DNA from: Oscillospiraceae bacterium
Lineage (GTDB): Bacteria; Bacillota; Clostridia; Oscillospirales; Ruminococcaceae
Direction: 5' to 3'
DNA: 64,000 bases
NCBI GenBank assembly: GCA_004554485.1
Contig: SFLS01000003.1
Span: forward strand, 12,484-76,483
Under the pieces are notes generated by a model. That model was not told the origin of the DNA and did not search any database. It saw nothing but the letters and a program-made list of their open reading frames with translations. Made by a program: the position numbers and the translations under genes. This document shows positions 19,785 through 29,309 of this stretch, piece by piece. How positions within the stretch are numbered: position 1 is the first letter of the stretch; each line of letters starts with the position of its first letter.

Positions 19785-20780
19785 ATGCCAGAGAAGAAAA
19801 GAATCCTGACCGGGGACCGTACCACCGGCAAGCTGCATCTGGGCCACTATGTGGGCAGCCTGCAAAGCCGCGTCAAGTTGCAGGAGGAATACGAGAGTTT
19901 TATCCTGCTGGCGGATATCCAGGCGCTGACCACCCACTTTGAAAACCCGGAGCTGCTGGAGCACAGCATCTACGAGGTAGCGATGGATAACCTGTCGGTC
20001 GGGCTGGACCCCAACAAGATTACGCTGGTACAGCAGAGCCGCATCCCGGCCATCGGGGAGCTGACCGTCTTTTATTCCATGCTGGTGACGGTTAATGCGC
20101 TGCGGCACAACCCCACCATCAAGACCGAGGCGGCCAACTACGGCTACAGCGATATGACCTACGGCTTTTTGGGGTATCCCGTCAGCCAGTCGGCGGATAT
20201 CACCTTCTGTAAGGCGAACCTGGTACCGGTAGGCGAGGATCAGAAGCCGCACATGGAAATGACCCGCAAGATCGTCCGCCGCTTTAACGAGCTGTACGGC
20301 GAAACGCTGGTGGAGCCGGATATCATGCTTTCCGATTGTCCCCGGCTGATGGGACTGGACGGCAACGCCAAGATGGGCAAGAGCCTGGGCAACGCCGTAT
20401 ACCTCAGCGACTCCGCCGACGCAGTAAAAACGAAGGTGATGAGCGCCGTAACTGACCCCAGCCGCATTAAAAAGGACGATCCGGGCCACCCGGACATCTG
20501 TGTGGTGAGTAAGTATCATAAGATCTTTAATCACGGGGAGTATGAGAACATCTGCGAAAGCTGCAAAAAAGGAGCGATTGGTTGCGTAGCCTGCAAAAAG
20601 GCGCTGGCCGGCGCCCTTAACGATCTGCTGGAGCCGTTCCGGGAGAAGCGCGCCTACTATGAGGCGCACCGGGACGAGGTGCGGGATATCATCCTGACCG
20701 GCAGCGAAAAGGCCAACCGGATCGGTAACGAAACGGTGAAGGAAGTCAAAGAGGCCATGCATATCTATATCGGAGACTGA
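19785..20780 (+). CDS. trpS: Tryptophan--tRNA ligase
   Basis: TGDRTTGKLHLGH, GYPVSQSADI, VPVGEDQ, KMGKS. Confidence 0.96.
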   Translation: MPEKKRILTGDRTTGKLHLGHYVGSLQSRVKLQEEYESFILLADIQALTTHFENPELLEHSIYEVAMDNLSVGLDPNKITLVQQSRIPAIGELTVFYSMLVTVNALRHNPTIKTEAANYGYSDMTYGFLGYPVSQSADITFCKANLVPVGEDQKPHMEMTRKIVRRFNELYGETLVEPDIMLSDCPRLMGLDGNAKMGKSLGNAVYLSDSADAVKTKVMSAVTDPSRIKKDDPGHPDICVVSKYHKIFNHGEYENICESCKKGAIGCVACKKALAGALNDLLEPFREKRAYYEAHRDEVRDIILTGSEKANRIGNETVKEVKEAMHIYIGD

Positions 20781-20802
20781 CAGAAAGCAAGGAGGAACCA
20801 CA

Positions 20803-21003
20803 ATGGCATACGAAGGGAAAAAGCTGCGTAAATCCAAAACGGAAAAAAAGATCTGCGGAGTTTGCGGCGGTATCGCCGAGTATTTCAATATCGACCCCAC
20901 CATCGTGCGGCTGATCTGGGTGCTGCTGTTTTTCGCCTACGGCGCCGGGATTCTGGCGTATCTTGTGGCGGCGCTCATCATGCCGGAGCCGCTGGACATA
21001 TAA
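20803..21003 (+). CDS. pspC: PspC domain protein
   Basis: KKICGVCGGIAEYFNIDPTIVRL...YLVAALIMP. Confidence 0.9.
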   Translation: MAYEGKKLRKSKTEKKICGVCGGIAEYFNIDPTIVRLIWVLLFFAYGAGILAYLVAALIMPEPLDI

Positions 21004-21362
21004 CATCTGAACGGCCCCAACCGCAAGTACAAAAAAGCACAGCGTCTCCCCAGCCGGGAGGCGCTGTTTTAATATCGGAAAGTCTTGCGATAATCGCGCG
21101 GTTCAAAAACGCTTAAGCGGGGAACTATAATCCTGATGCGAAAGACGATACCTTCGCGGCTGGCGGGTCATCCTTGCAGGATGTGACGCGCGGGCCGGTA
21201 ATATCGGGCGTTCTCTGCCCGGGAAGAACCCGCCGGCTTTGCAAGGGGAGTCCTTTTAATGGCAAACCGGGGAAAGCAAAGCGGGTGCCGGGCACAGGGC
21301 CCGACACCCGCAATAAGCTTGATCTGATCGGAGCGCCCCGGCGGCCGTTTGGATGCCGCCGC

Positions 21363-22844
21363 TTAACGGGGCAGCCGCCGGTACAGCCCGGTAAGGTGGT
21401 GCAGTCGGTCCGCCAGCTCATCGGTGATGGCACCGGGGGCGGCGCGCCACTTCCAGTTGCAGCCCAGCGTGGAGGGGATGTTCATCCTTGCTTCGCTGCC
21501 CAGCCCCAGCAGATCCTGCATGGTCAGGATGACGGTATCCCCGGGGCTTTGCAGCGCCCCGCAGATCATGCCCCAGTGCAGGCCCTCCTGTTCGGTCAGC
21601 CGCAGGTATTCCCGCGCAAAGCAGGTATCCGCCGGCGCCGCGGTCGCAAACCATCCCAGGATGGTATCGTTATCGTGGGTTCCGGTGTACACCACGCAGT
21701 GCCGGGGGTAATTGTGCGGCAGATAGTCGCTGTCCTCCCGGCTGTCAAAGGCGAACTGCAGCACCTTCATGCCGGGGAAGCCGCATTCCTCCCGCAGCCG
21801 GTGAACGCCGGGCGTCAAAAAGCCCAGATCCTCCGCGATGATGGGCAGCTCGCCCAGTGCCGCGCGGACGGTGCGGAAAAACTCGATGCCCGGGCCCTGC
21901 CGCCAGACGCCCTCCCGGGCGGTTTCGGCCTGGCCGGGAATGGCGTAGTAAGCGTCAAAGCCCCGGAAGTGGTCGATGCGGATTATATCGTACAGCGTAG
22001 CGCTGGCCCGGAAGCGGTCGATCCACCAGCGGTAGCCGTCGGCCTGCATGGCCTCCCAGCGGTACAGCGGGTTGCCCCACAGCTGGCCGTCCGCCGAAAA
22101 GGCGTCCGGCGGACAGCCGGCGACCTCGATGGGCTCGTAGTTTTCATCCAGCATGAACTGCTCGGGCGCGCTCCACACATCGGCGGAATCCCGCGGCACA
22201 TAGATGGGGATATCCCCGATGATGCGGATGCCCAGGCTGTTAGCATAGCCCTTCAGTGCGTACCACTGCCGGGCAAACAGGTACTGAAGCACCGTATGGA
22301 AGGCGATCTCCTCCCGATACCGGACCCGGGCCGCCTCCAGCGCCTGCGGCTCCCTCATTTTCAGCGGAAGCTCCCATTCGTTCCAGGGGCGGCCGCCGTG
22401 GGCTTCCTTCAGCGCCATGAAAAGCGCGTAATCCGGCAGCCAGCGGCTGTTTTCCTCGCAGAACCGGGTGTAGTCCTCCGGCGGGTTTTGGGCAAAGCGG
22501 CGGTAGGCGCAGCGCAGCACGTCATAGCGCAGCCGGTACAGCCGGCCGTAATCCACCGCCGTTTCCTCCTCACACCAGGGCAGGGATTCATATTCCGCTT
22601 TTTGCAGCAGACCCTCCTGTTCCAGCAGGTCCAGGTCGATAAAATACGGGTTGCCCGCCACCGAAGAAAAGGACTGGTAGGGGGAATCGCCGAAGCTGGT
22701 AGGCCCGATGGGCAAAAGCTGCCACCAGGTTTGCCCGGCCCGCTGCAGAAAATCGACAAAGCGGTAGGCGCTGCGGCCCATGGTGCCGATGCCGTACGGC
22801 CCCGGCAGGGAAGAAAGGTGCATCAAAACTCCGCAGGTTCTCAT
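21363..22844 (-). CDS. malQ: 4-alpha-glucanotransferase (GH77)
   Basis: GVLMHLSSLPG, WQLLP, GDSPY, RIDHFRGF, IAEDLG, YTGTHDND. Confidence 0.95.
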   Translation of the reverse strand: MRTCGVLMHLSSLPGPYGIGTMGRSAYRFVDFLQRAGQTWWQLLPIGPTSFGDSPYQSFSSVAGNPYFIDLDLLEQEGLLQKAEYESLPWCEEETAVDYGRLYRLRYDVLRCAYRRFAQNPPEDYTRFCEENSRWLPDYALFMALKEAHGGRPWNEWELPLKMREPQALEAARVRYREEIAFHTVLQYLFARQWYALKGYANSLGIRIIGDIPIYVPRDSADVWSAPEQFMLDENYEPIEVAGCPPDAFSADGQLWGNPLYRWEAMQADGYRWWIDRFRASATLYDIIRIDHFRGFDAYYAIPGQAETAREGVWRQGPGIEFFRTVRAALGELPIIAEDLGFLTPGVHRLREECGFPGMKVLQFAFDSREDSDYLPHNYPRHCVVYTGTHDNDTILGWFATAAPADTCFAREYLRLTEQEGLHWGMICGALQSPGDTVILTMQDLLGLGSEARMNIPSTLGCNWKWRAAPGAITDELADRLHHLTGLYRRLPR

Positions 22845-22901
22845 AAAAAGCTCTCTTTCTCTATGCAAAATGGAATATCAGGGCAGTTTTGTGCAGCCGG
22901 A

Positions 22902-22984
22902 CGGCCCGCAGGGCGTTCCGGCGCAGCCGGAACCTGCGTGCTGCGCACGCAGCAACCGCCTGCGGCGGTTGGCCCTGCGGGCCG
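22902..22984. repeat. Four-way-junction palindromic element, copy C (inverted relative to A/F/G)
   Basis: 13-bp closing stem + three perfect 8-bp arms (loops GCA, TGC, TGC); no unpaired junction bases. Confidence 0.92.
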
Positions 22985-23015
22985 GATCCCGGCATATGGA
23001 AGGTGGGAGGGGGAT

Positions 23016-24029
23016 TCAGTCCTCTGGCACGGGGCCGACACTTTCCCCTTCGATGACGGCAAACGGGACGGTGACATGGCGGGCGGGGGCGCCCTGTTCG
23101 ATGGCGGCGCGCAGGGTGTCGGTGGCTTCCTGCGCCAGCCGGTCCACCGACTGGCGAACAGTTGTCAGGCGGGGCATCAGGAATCCCCCCAGTGTCAGAC
23201 CGTCGAACCCGATGATGGAGATATCGCGGCCCACCGTTTTGCCGACGTCCTGTGCCGCGCGCATCGCCCCGATGGCCACCACATCCGCGACGGCATAGGC
23301 CGCCGTGACCTCCGGATTTTCGGAAAGCACCCGGCGCATGGCCTGGTAGCCTTCTTCGTAGCAGAAGCGCGCCTGGCCGTATTCCACCAGGTTTTCGGCC
23401 GGCAGCCCGCTTTGGGCAAAGGCCGCCCTGCCGCCGGCAAAGCGCATCCCGGAAACATCGCTGAAGGAGGGGCGCCCGCCGATGATGGCGATGTGGCGAT
23501 GCCCGCGGTCCAGCAGCACCTGCACCGCGCGGACCGAAGCCGCATAGTCATCGGTGGTCACGCTGGACAGGTTCTTAAAGCCCAGCTCCTTGGCCGAGGA
23601 GGTGACCAGCACCGCCGGCACGGTGATGCGGGAAAAATTGCGCCGGAAATTATCAGCGTTGCCGCCCAAAAACAGCAGGCCCTGCGGCTTTTTTTCGGCA
23701 CACAGCTTTACCGCCCGCAGCACTTCGTCGGTGTCCTCGTCAAAGAAATCGACGATCAGCGTGTAGGGGCTGTGTTTTACCAGCCCCTGCAGCTGCTCCA
23801 CCAGCGCGGCAAACAGCTCGTTGTGGGTGCCCTTCACCAGCACCAGTATGCTGCGGCTCACCGTTTGCTTCAGATTTTGGGCGTTGGTATTCAAAATGAA
23901 GCCGGTCTTTTCCACCACCGCCAGGACGCGCTGCCGCGCCTTTTCGCTGACGTCCGGGTGGTTATTCAGCACGCGGGAAACGGTGCCTACCGCATAGCCG
24001 GATTCCCGGGCAATATCCTTGATGGTCAT
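23016..24029 (-). CDS. LacI-family transcriptional regulator
   Basis: MTIKDIARESGYAVGTVSRVLN; ISIIGFDG..PRLTTVRQ. Confidence 0.95.
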   Translation of the reverse strand: MTIKDIARESGYAVGTVSRVLNNHPDVSEKARQRVLAVVEKTGFILNTNAQNLKQTVSRSILVLVKGTHNELFAALVEQLQGLVKHSPYTLIVDFFDEDTDEVLRAVKLCAEKKPQGLLFLGGNADNFRRNFSRITVPAVLVTSSAKELGFKNLSSVTTDDYAASVRAVQVLLDRGHRHIAIIGGRPSFSDVSGMRFAGGRAAFAQSGLPAENLVEYGQARFCYEEGYQAMRRVLSENPEVTAAYAVADVVAIGAMRAAQDVGKTVGRDISIIGFDGLTLGGFLMPRLTTVRQSVDRLAQEATDTLRAAIEQGAPARHVTVPFAVIEGESVGPVPED

Positions 24030-24033
24030 AGGA

Positions 24034-24891
24034 TCATCCCTTGACGGCACCGGCCGCCACGCCCTTGATGATGTGCTTCTGGCAGGTCAGGTAGAAGACG
24101 ATGACGGGGATGATGCTCAGCAGGATGAGCGCCATGGTCGCGCCCAGATCCACCACGCCGTAGCTTCCCTTCAGGTACTGTACATGGATGGGGATGGTCA
24201 TATACTGGGTGCGGTCCAGTACCAGGTAGGGCAGCAGGTAGTCGTTCCATACCCACATGATCTCCAGGATCGCGACCGAGATCATGGTGGGGCGGAGCAT
24301 CGGCAGCACCACGCTGAAGTAGGTGCGCAGCGGGCCGCAGCCGTCGATAGCGGCGGCTTCCTCAATATCAAGCGGGATGCTCTTGACAAAACCGGTGAAC
24401 ATAAAGACGGCAAGTCCCGCGCCGAAGCCGAGATAGATGATCGGAATAGTCCAGGGAGTATTGAGCTTGAGGGTATCCGCCGTTTTGGAGAGGGTGAACA
24501 TCACCATCTGGAACGGGACGACCATCGAGAATACGCAGGCAAAGTAAACGATGCGGCAGAACAGAGAATCAACACGGGCGATGTACCAGGCCGCCATGGA
24601 GGTGAAAAGCAGGATAAGGGCGGTGGAAAGCAGCGTGATGACCAGGCTGAAGAGGGCCGATTTGAGGAAGGGGTAGTTGCCGAAAGTAAGGCCCTTGATG
24701 AAGTTATCCAGACCCGCAAAGCTTTCGGCAGTGGGCCAGGAGAAGGTCTCGGTTTTGACAAAGGTATTCTTCTTAAAGGAGTTGAGCAGCACCATGAATA
24801 CCGGGAACACATACAGGATGCTGATGACGCCGAAAAAGACCGTAAGAAGATTTTTGCCGGCGTTTTTCTTTTGCAAAGAACGGTGTTTCAT
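24034..24891 (-). CDS. Carbohydrate ABC transporter permease (MalG-like)
   Basis: EEAAAIDG EAA loop; WNDYLLP. Confidence 0.92.
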   Translation of the reverse strand: MKHRSLQKKNAGKNLLTVFFGVISILYVFPVFMVLLNSFKKNTFVKTETFSWPTAESFAGLDNFIKGLTFGNYPFLKSALFSLVITLLSTALILLFTSMAAWYIARVDSLFCRIVYFACVFSMVVPFQMVMFTLSKTADTLKLNTPWTIPIIYLGFGAGLAVFMFTGFVKSIPLDIEEAAAIDGCGPLRTYFSVVLPMLRPTMISVAILEIMWVWNDYLLPYLVLDRTQYMTIPIHVQYLKGSYGVVDLGATMALILLSIIPVIVFYLTCQKHIIKGVAAGAVKG

Positions 24892-25805
24892 TATTGCTGG
24901 ACCTCCTTTTTTCTGGTCGAGCGCAGCTGCAGCAGGCCGATGGTAGCCACCAGGATGAAGAACAGGACCGCCTTCGCCTGGGCAACGCCGCGCGAGTTAA
25001 CATTCTGGCCGTAGAAGGTGTTGTAGATGTTGAGCGCCAGCATCTCGGTGGTATGCACCGTGGTGCCGTCGGGGTTGATGATATAGGGCAGGCCGCCGGT
25101 AAGAGCCAGGTTCTGGTCGAACAGCTTAAAGCCGTTGGTCAGCGTCAGGAACATACAGATGGTGATGGAGGGCATGATGTTGGGAATGGTGACCTTGATG
25201 AGGGTCTGCCAGCGGTTGGCGCCGTCAATTTTGGCGGCTTCCAGCATATCCTCAGGCACCGCCTGCAGGCCCGCGATGTAAATAATCATCATGTAGCCGA
25301 TCTGCTGCCAGCACATCAGGATGATGAGTCCCCAGAAGCCCCAGGTGGTGTTGGTGAGGATGGAGGTGCTGTAGGCGCTGAGCAGACCGTCAAAGATCAT
25401 GCTCCAGATGTAACCCAGTACGATACCGCCGATGAGGTTCGGCATAAAGAATACCGTGCGGAACAGGTTGGAGCCCTTGATTTTTTGGGTAAGCGCATAG
25501 GCTACCATAAAGGCCAGTACGTTGATGAGCACCAGCGATATGAAGGCATACAGGGCCGTATACCCAAAGGAGTAGCGGAAGCTTTGATCCTGAAACGCTT
25601 TCAGATAGTTTTCAATGCCGACCCAGCTCCATTTGCTGGTTGTTTTGAACTTGGTAAAGGACAGGAAAAGTCCCTGTAAAAACGGCCAGACAAAGCCGAT
25701 GCAGAACGCAGCGACCATCGGCAGCAGAAAAACCGGGGACCAGTGCTGGATGGGTCTGCGCAGCAGATAGCTGTTGACCGACCCGCTGTTTCTTCTTCTC
25801 TTCAT
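24891..25805 (-). CDS. Carbohydrate ABC transporter permease (MalF-like)
   Basis: WQQIGYMMIIYIAGLQ..EAAKIDGA. Confidence 0.92.
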   Translation of the reverse strand: MKRRRNSGSVNSYLLRRPIQHWSPVFLLPMVAAFCIGFVWPFLQGLFLSFTKFKTTSKWSWVGIENYLKAFQDQSFRYSFGYTALYAFISLVLINVLAFMVAYALTQKIKGSNLFRTVFFMPNLIGGIVLGYIWSMIFDGLLSAYSTSILTNTTWGFWGLIILMCWQQIGYMMIIYIAGLQAVPEDMLEAAKIDGANRWQTLIKVTIPNIMPSITICMFLTLTNGFKLFDQNLALTGGLPYIINPDGTTVHTTEMLALNIYNTFYGQNVNSRGVAQAKAVLFFILVATIGLLQLRSTRKKEVQQ

Positions 25806-25936
25806 CTTCTCAACTCCCGCTAAAAAATTGATGGCACTGAGCATGTCTCATGCGGCATACCCGGTGATTTGAGAAAGCGGGGCGAGCGCTATGCTCGCCC
25901 CGCCGCATATGGAGTACAATGATATGTCAGCAGAAA

Positions 25937-27238
25937 TCAGCCGTTGGCAGCCTTGTACTGAACAGACCAGCCATCGATGAAGGCGGTAACAACGGTAGCC
26001 CAGTTGGCGTCGGTGGGATCGGCGTTGTAGGTGTTCAGCGCGGAAACAACAGCAGCGCGGTAAGCGTCAACGTTGGGCTGATAGTTGGTGGCCCACCACA
26101 TATTGTAGCAGCCGTTGGCCAGGTAATCGTTGGCGTCCGCCAGGAAAGCGTTGGTGGATTCGGCAGCGCTCTTGTAGGGCATTACGCCGAAGGTATCAAC
26201 AGCGATGCGGGAAGCCTCGGGATCGGTGACAACCCACTTCATGAAGTCAAGGGTCGCCTTGATGTTCTCCTCGGAGGCCTCGGCATTGACAGCCCAGTAG
26301 TTTTCGGTGCCGCAGTTCAGGCCGGCTTTCTCCTCGCCTTCCACGCCGCAGTAGTAGGGGATCATGGCGAGATCGTCAGCGTTCATGCCCTTGTCGGCCA
26401 GGCCGGAAGCTTCCCAGCTGCCGTTGACATAGAACAGAGCCTTGCCGTCGGCAAACTCAGCGCCGGCATCAAAGCCGCCGTTGGCCAGCGCCGTACGGTC
26501 GGTAGCGGAGTTGACGACCATCAGGTCATACAGGGCGCGATAGTTATCCATGTAAGCGCCGGTGAGTTCAGCGGGGCAGGATTTCCAGGCCTCAGGGTTA
26601 TCAACGGACTCGTAGTAATACTCGAGGTTAATCAGGTGGCCGGTGAAGCGCCAGCTGGAGCTGCCGTCCATGCCGGAAGAGGTGAAGGCGTCGAAGCCCA
26701 GCTCGTTAGCGCGGGCGTGAACATCCTCGGCAACTTCCTTCAGGGTGGCAAAGTTGGTGATGTAGTCGGCAGCGTAGCCGGCTTCCTGCAGCAGCTTGGT
26801 ATTGACGATGATGCCGTAGCACTCGTAGCAATAACCGATGGAGCACAGCTTGCCGTTTTCATCGTACAGCATGTAAGCGTCGGTGTTCAGCTCGTTGGCG
26901 ATATCGGTGCCGGTCAGGTCATAGCAATACTCGCCCCAGGTGGAAACAGCCGCCTGGTTGCCGACGACGAACAGGGTGGGGGGATTGCTCTTGTCCATCT
27001 CTGCGGTCAGAGTCTCGTTGTAGGTGCCGGAAGCGGCGGTAAGGATCTCGACCGGAACGCCGGTTTCCTCGGTGTACATCGCGGCGAGCTTCTTCAGAGC
27101 CTCGTCAGACTCGGGCTTGAAGTTCAGCCAGAAAACGGAACCGGTTTTGGTTTCCGGGGCGGGGTTATTATTGTTACAGCCTGCAAACAGGGTAACGACC
27201 ATAACCAGCGCCAGCAGAATCGCTAAAGTCTTTTTCAT
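25937..27238 (-). CDS. Carbohydrate ABC transporter substrate-binding lipoprotein
   Basis: Lipobox FAGC; SBP family 1 pattern; first gene of the operon. Confidence 0.9.
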   Translation of the reverse strand: MKKTLAILLALVMVVTLFAGCNNNNPAPETKTGSVFWLNFKPESDEALKKLAAMYTEETGVPVEILTAASGTYNETLTAEMDKSNPPTLFVVGNQAAVSTWGEYCYDLTGTDIANELNTDAYMLYDENGKLCSIGYCYECYGIIVNTKLLQEAGYAADYITNFATLKEVAEDVHARANELGFDAFTSSGMDGSSSWRFTGHLINLEYYYESVDNPEAWKSCPAELTGAYMDNYRALYDLMVVNSATDRTALANGGFDAGAEFADGKALFYVNGSWEASGLADKGMNADDLAMIPYYCGVEGEEKAGLNCGTENYWAVNAEASEENIKATLDFMKWVVTDPEASRIAVDTFGVMPYKSAAESTNAFLADANDYLANGCYNMWWATNYQPNVDAYRAAVVSALNTYNADPTDANWATVVTAFIDGWSVQYKAANG

Positions 27239-27271
27239 GATTTCTCCTCCTAATAAAATGTTCTTTTTCTC

Positions 27272-27335
27272 CAAGGGCTGGAATCGTTTCCAGCCCTTGC
27301 AGATTCATTATACAGCCTATCGTCGGATAATTCAA
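27272..27335 (-). promoter_or_regulatory. Sugar-operon promoter with LacI-type operator
   Basis: Minus-strand TTGAAT (27335-27330), 17 nt, TATAAT (27312-27307); TGGAATCGTTTCCA (27279-27292) inside a 28-bp inverted repeat. Confidence 0.75.
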
Positions 27336-27506
27336 TTGAAATCTGTCGCAATTTCATAAATTCAGTAATTGTGCCACAAAATTTTTCGTCAAATTGAGCA
27401 GTTTTTCTGACGGCTGGGGGAAACTGGACTTAGTATAAGCCATAATTTGTACTTTATTCTTTTGCCGGCGCAGGTTGTTTCAGCCGCACTATGGGCAAAA
27501 CAGCGA

Positions 27507-27536
27507 TTGACAAAGCCCGAATGGGCCTTTTATAAT
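27507..27536 (+). promoter_or_regulatory. sigma-A promoter
   Basis: TTGACA (27507-27512), 18 nt, TATAAT (27531-27536). Confidence 0.7.
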
Positions 27537-27687
27537 GAGGCCAAAATACGCCGCAGAAGTAGAGCTATGAAGCGGCGCACTGATGTGACTGCAGGAGCTG
27601 ACCGCCGCCGTCGAACGAGCCGGCGCTCCGGTGACAAGCACCGAATAATATGATAGAATAGAACCATCGCGGGGATCCGGGCGAGGG

Positions 27688-27767
27688 CGGCCCCGCAGGG
27701 GCCCGAGGCGCAGCCTCGGGGGACGGGCGCAGCCCGTCACGGCGCGAAGCGCCGCCCTGCGGGGCCG
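27688..27767. repeat. Four-way-junction palindromic element, copy D
   Basis: Same stems as copy B; loops GCA, GCA, GAA. Confidence 0.9.
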
Positions 27768-27798
27768 TCTCCCTACCCGCTGTGAAAGGAGCTTGGCA

Positions 27799-28020
27799 AT
27801 GAATTTTCAAACTATAACAGGCTATACCCTCGGCAGTATGGGGGCCATTGCCGTCGGCGGCGTGCTGGCCTGCATTGGCGTGGCCCGCGGTCCCAAGTGG
27901 CTGGCTTATGCCGGCGTTGCGCTGGCAGCGCTGGGGGTGCTCGTTTTTATCATCGCCTTTATCAGGGCGTGGCGCGCCCTCAGACGGGAGCAAAAAAGGA
28001 AGGGAGGCCCGGAGCGATGA
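27799..28020 (+). CDS. Small two-TM membrane protein
   Basis: AAAGGAG RBS; two hydrophobic segments; basic tail. Confidence 0.65.
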   Translation: MNFQTITGYTLGSMGAIAVGGVLACIGVARGPKWLAYAGVALAALGVLVFIIAFIRAWRALRREQKRKGGPER

Positions 28021-28250
28021 GCCTGTTTCGTGGATCGGGCCGGCTGGAGCAGCGGCTGGCTAAAAATGAGGACCCCCTGCGGCAGAAAAAGCTGTGGGTA
28101 AAGTCCTTCTACTGTGCCGCGGTGCTGGCGGCGCTGGGGCTGTTTTTCCTGTTGGCCATGGGCAGCGAATTTACGGTCTTTGGTTGTGTGCTGCTGGCCT
28201 GTGCCGCCTTTGTGGCGGTGGACGGTCTGGTGACCAAAAACCGCAAATGA
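28017..28250 (+). CDS. Small two-TM membrane protein
   Basis: ATGA overlap with the previous gene; GGAGG RBS; two hydrophobic segments. Confidence 0.65.
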   Translation: MSLFRGSGRLEQRLAKNEDPLRQKKLWVKSFYCAAVLAALGLFFLLAMGSEFTVFGCVLLACAAFVAVDGLVTKNRK

Positions 28251-28264
28251 GGAGGTCTGGCACC

Positions 28265-29152
28265 GTGCGGCAAAAAAGTACCGCCATTTTGGCGGCGCTG
28301 GGCGCCGCCCTGCTGTATGCGGTCAGCATTCCGCTTTCGCCCTTTCTGCTGCGGCAGACGGGACCGGTGATGCTGGCGGCGCTGCTGTATCTGGGGGCAG
28401 GAGTTGGAATGACGCTGCTCTCGCTGATCTGCCCCGTCCCGCGGAAGGACCGGCTGACCCGCCGGCAGCTTCCCTTTACGCTGGGGATGATCCTGCTGGA
28501 TATCGCCGCCCCCATTTTGCTGATGCTGGGGCTTGCCCGCGCGCCTGCCGCCCATGTATCGCTGCTCAATAACTTTGAGATTGTAGCCACTTCGCTGTTT
28601 GCCCTGCTGCTGTTCCGCGAGCGGATCTCCCGGCGGGTTTGGTGTGCTATTTTTCTGATCACCGCCGCCAGCATGCTGCTTTCCTTCGAGGGGGCGCAAA
28701 GCCTGCGCTTTTCTCCCGGTTCGCTGCTGGTACTGGGCGCCTGCCTTTGCTGGGGGCTGGAAAACAACTGCACCCGCGCCCTTTCCCAAAAAAGCGCCGT
28801 GCAGATCGTACAGGTCAAGGGGCTCTTTTCGGGGCTGGGCTCGCTGCTTGTGGCGCGGCTTGCGGGGGAGTCCCTGCCGGACTGGCGCAGCCTGTTTGCC
28901 GCCATGCTGCTGGGATTTGTGTGCTACGGGCTCAGCATCTTTTTGTACGTCCGCGCGCAAAGCGTGCTGGGCGCGGCCCGTACCAGCGCCTTTTACTCGG
29001 CCAATCCCTTTTTAGCCGCGGCGCTCAGCCTGCTGCTGCTGCGCCAGCCCCTTGCCGATGCCTACCCTTATGCGCTGGCTTTGATGCTGCTGGGGCTATA
29101 TCTCACCGTGCGGGAAACGCTTTCGGAGCTGCCGGAACATAAAGTCGGCTGA
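28265..29152 (+). CDS. DMT/EamA family transporter
   Basis: About 10 TM; SLLNNFEIVAT, CWGLENNCTR, LGAARTSAFY. Confidence 0.88.
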   Translation: MRQKSTAILAALGAALLYAVSIPLSPFLLRQTGPVMLAALLYLGAGVGMTLLSLICPVPRKDRLTRRQLPFTLGMILLDIAAPILLMLGLARAPAAHVSLLNNFEIVATSLFALLLFRERISRRVWCAIFLITAASMLLSFEGAQSLRFSPGSLLVLGACLCWGLENNCTRALSQKSAVQIVQVKGLFSGLGSLLVARLAGESLPDWRSLFAAMLLGFVCYGLSIFLYVRAQSVLGAARTSAFYSANPFLAAALSLLLLRQPLADAYPYALALMLLGLYLTVRETLSELPEHKVG

Positions 29153-29236
29153 GAGTCCTTTGATGGGGTCTCAGCCGTTTTTCTTTTGGGATGGAATACC
29201 ATCCGCCTGACTTTGTTATTGGAAGGAGAAAAAACC

Positions 29237-29264
29237 TTGACAAATAAATTAGAATAATTATAAT
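29237..29264 (+). promoter_or_regulatory. sigma-A promoter overlapped by a PerR box
   Basis: TTGACA (29237-29242)...TATAAT (29259-29264); TTAGAATAATTATAA (29249-29263) is one mismatch from TTATAATnATTATAA. Confidence 0.8.
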
Positions 29265-29309
29265 ATACTTAGAAAAATTCCAATAATGATACACGAGAAA
29301 GGATTGAAC

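Noticed and set aside
19600..19785. T-box leaders for trpS, argS or gltX
   Set aside because: No GGTGGNACCGCG T-box sequence seen, and the leaders are short.
21065..21360. 300-bp intergenic stretch between pspC and malQ as an ncRNA
   Set aside because: Only generic hairpins; no recognisable family motif or clear promoter-terminator pair.
21174..24044. Very long track ORFs such as 956 aa here, 12300-14732, 33035-35458 and 59914-62400
   Set aside because: Antisense shadows of well-supported genes in high-GC DNA; no recognisable motifs.
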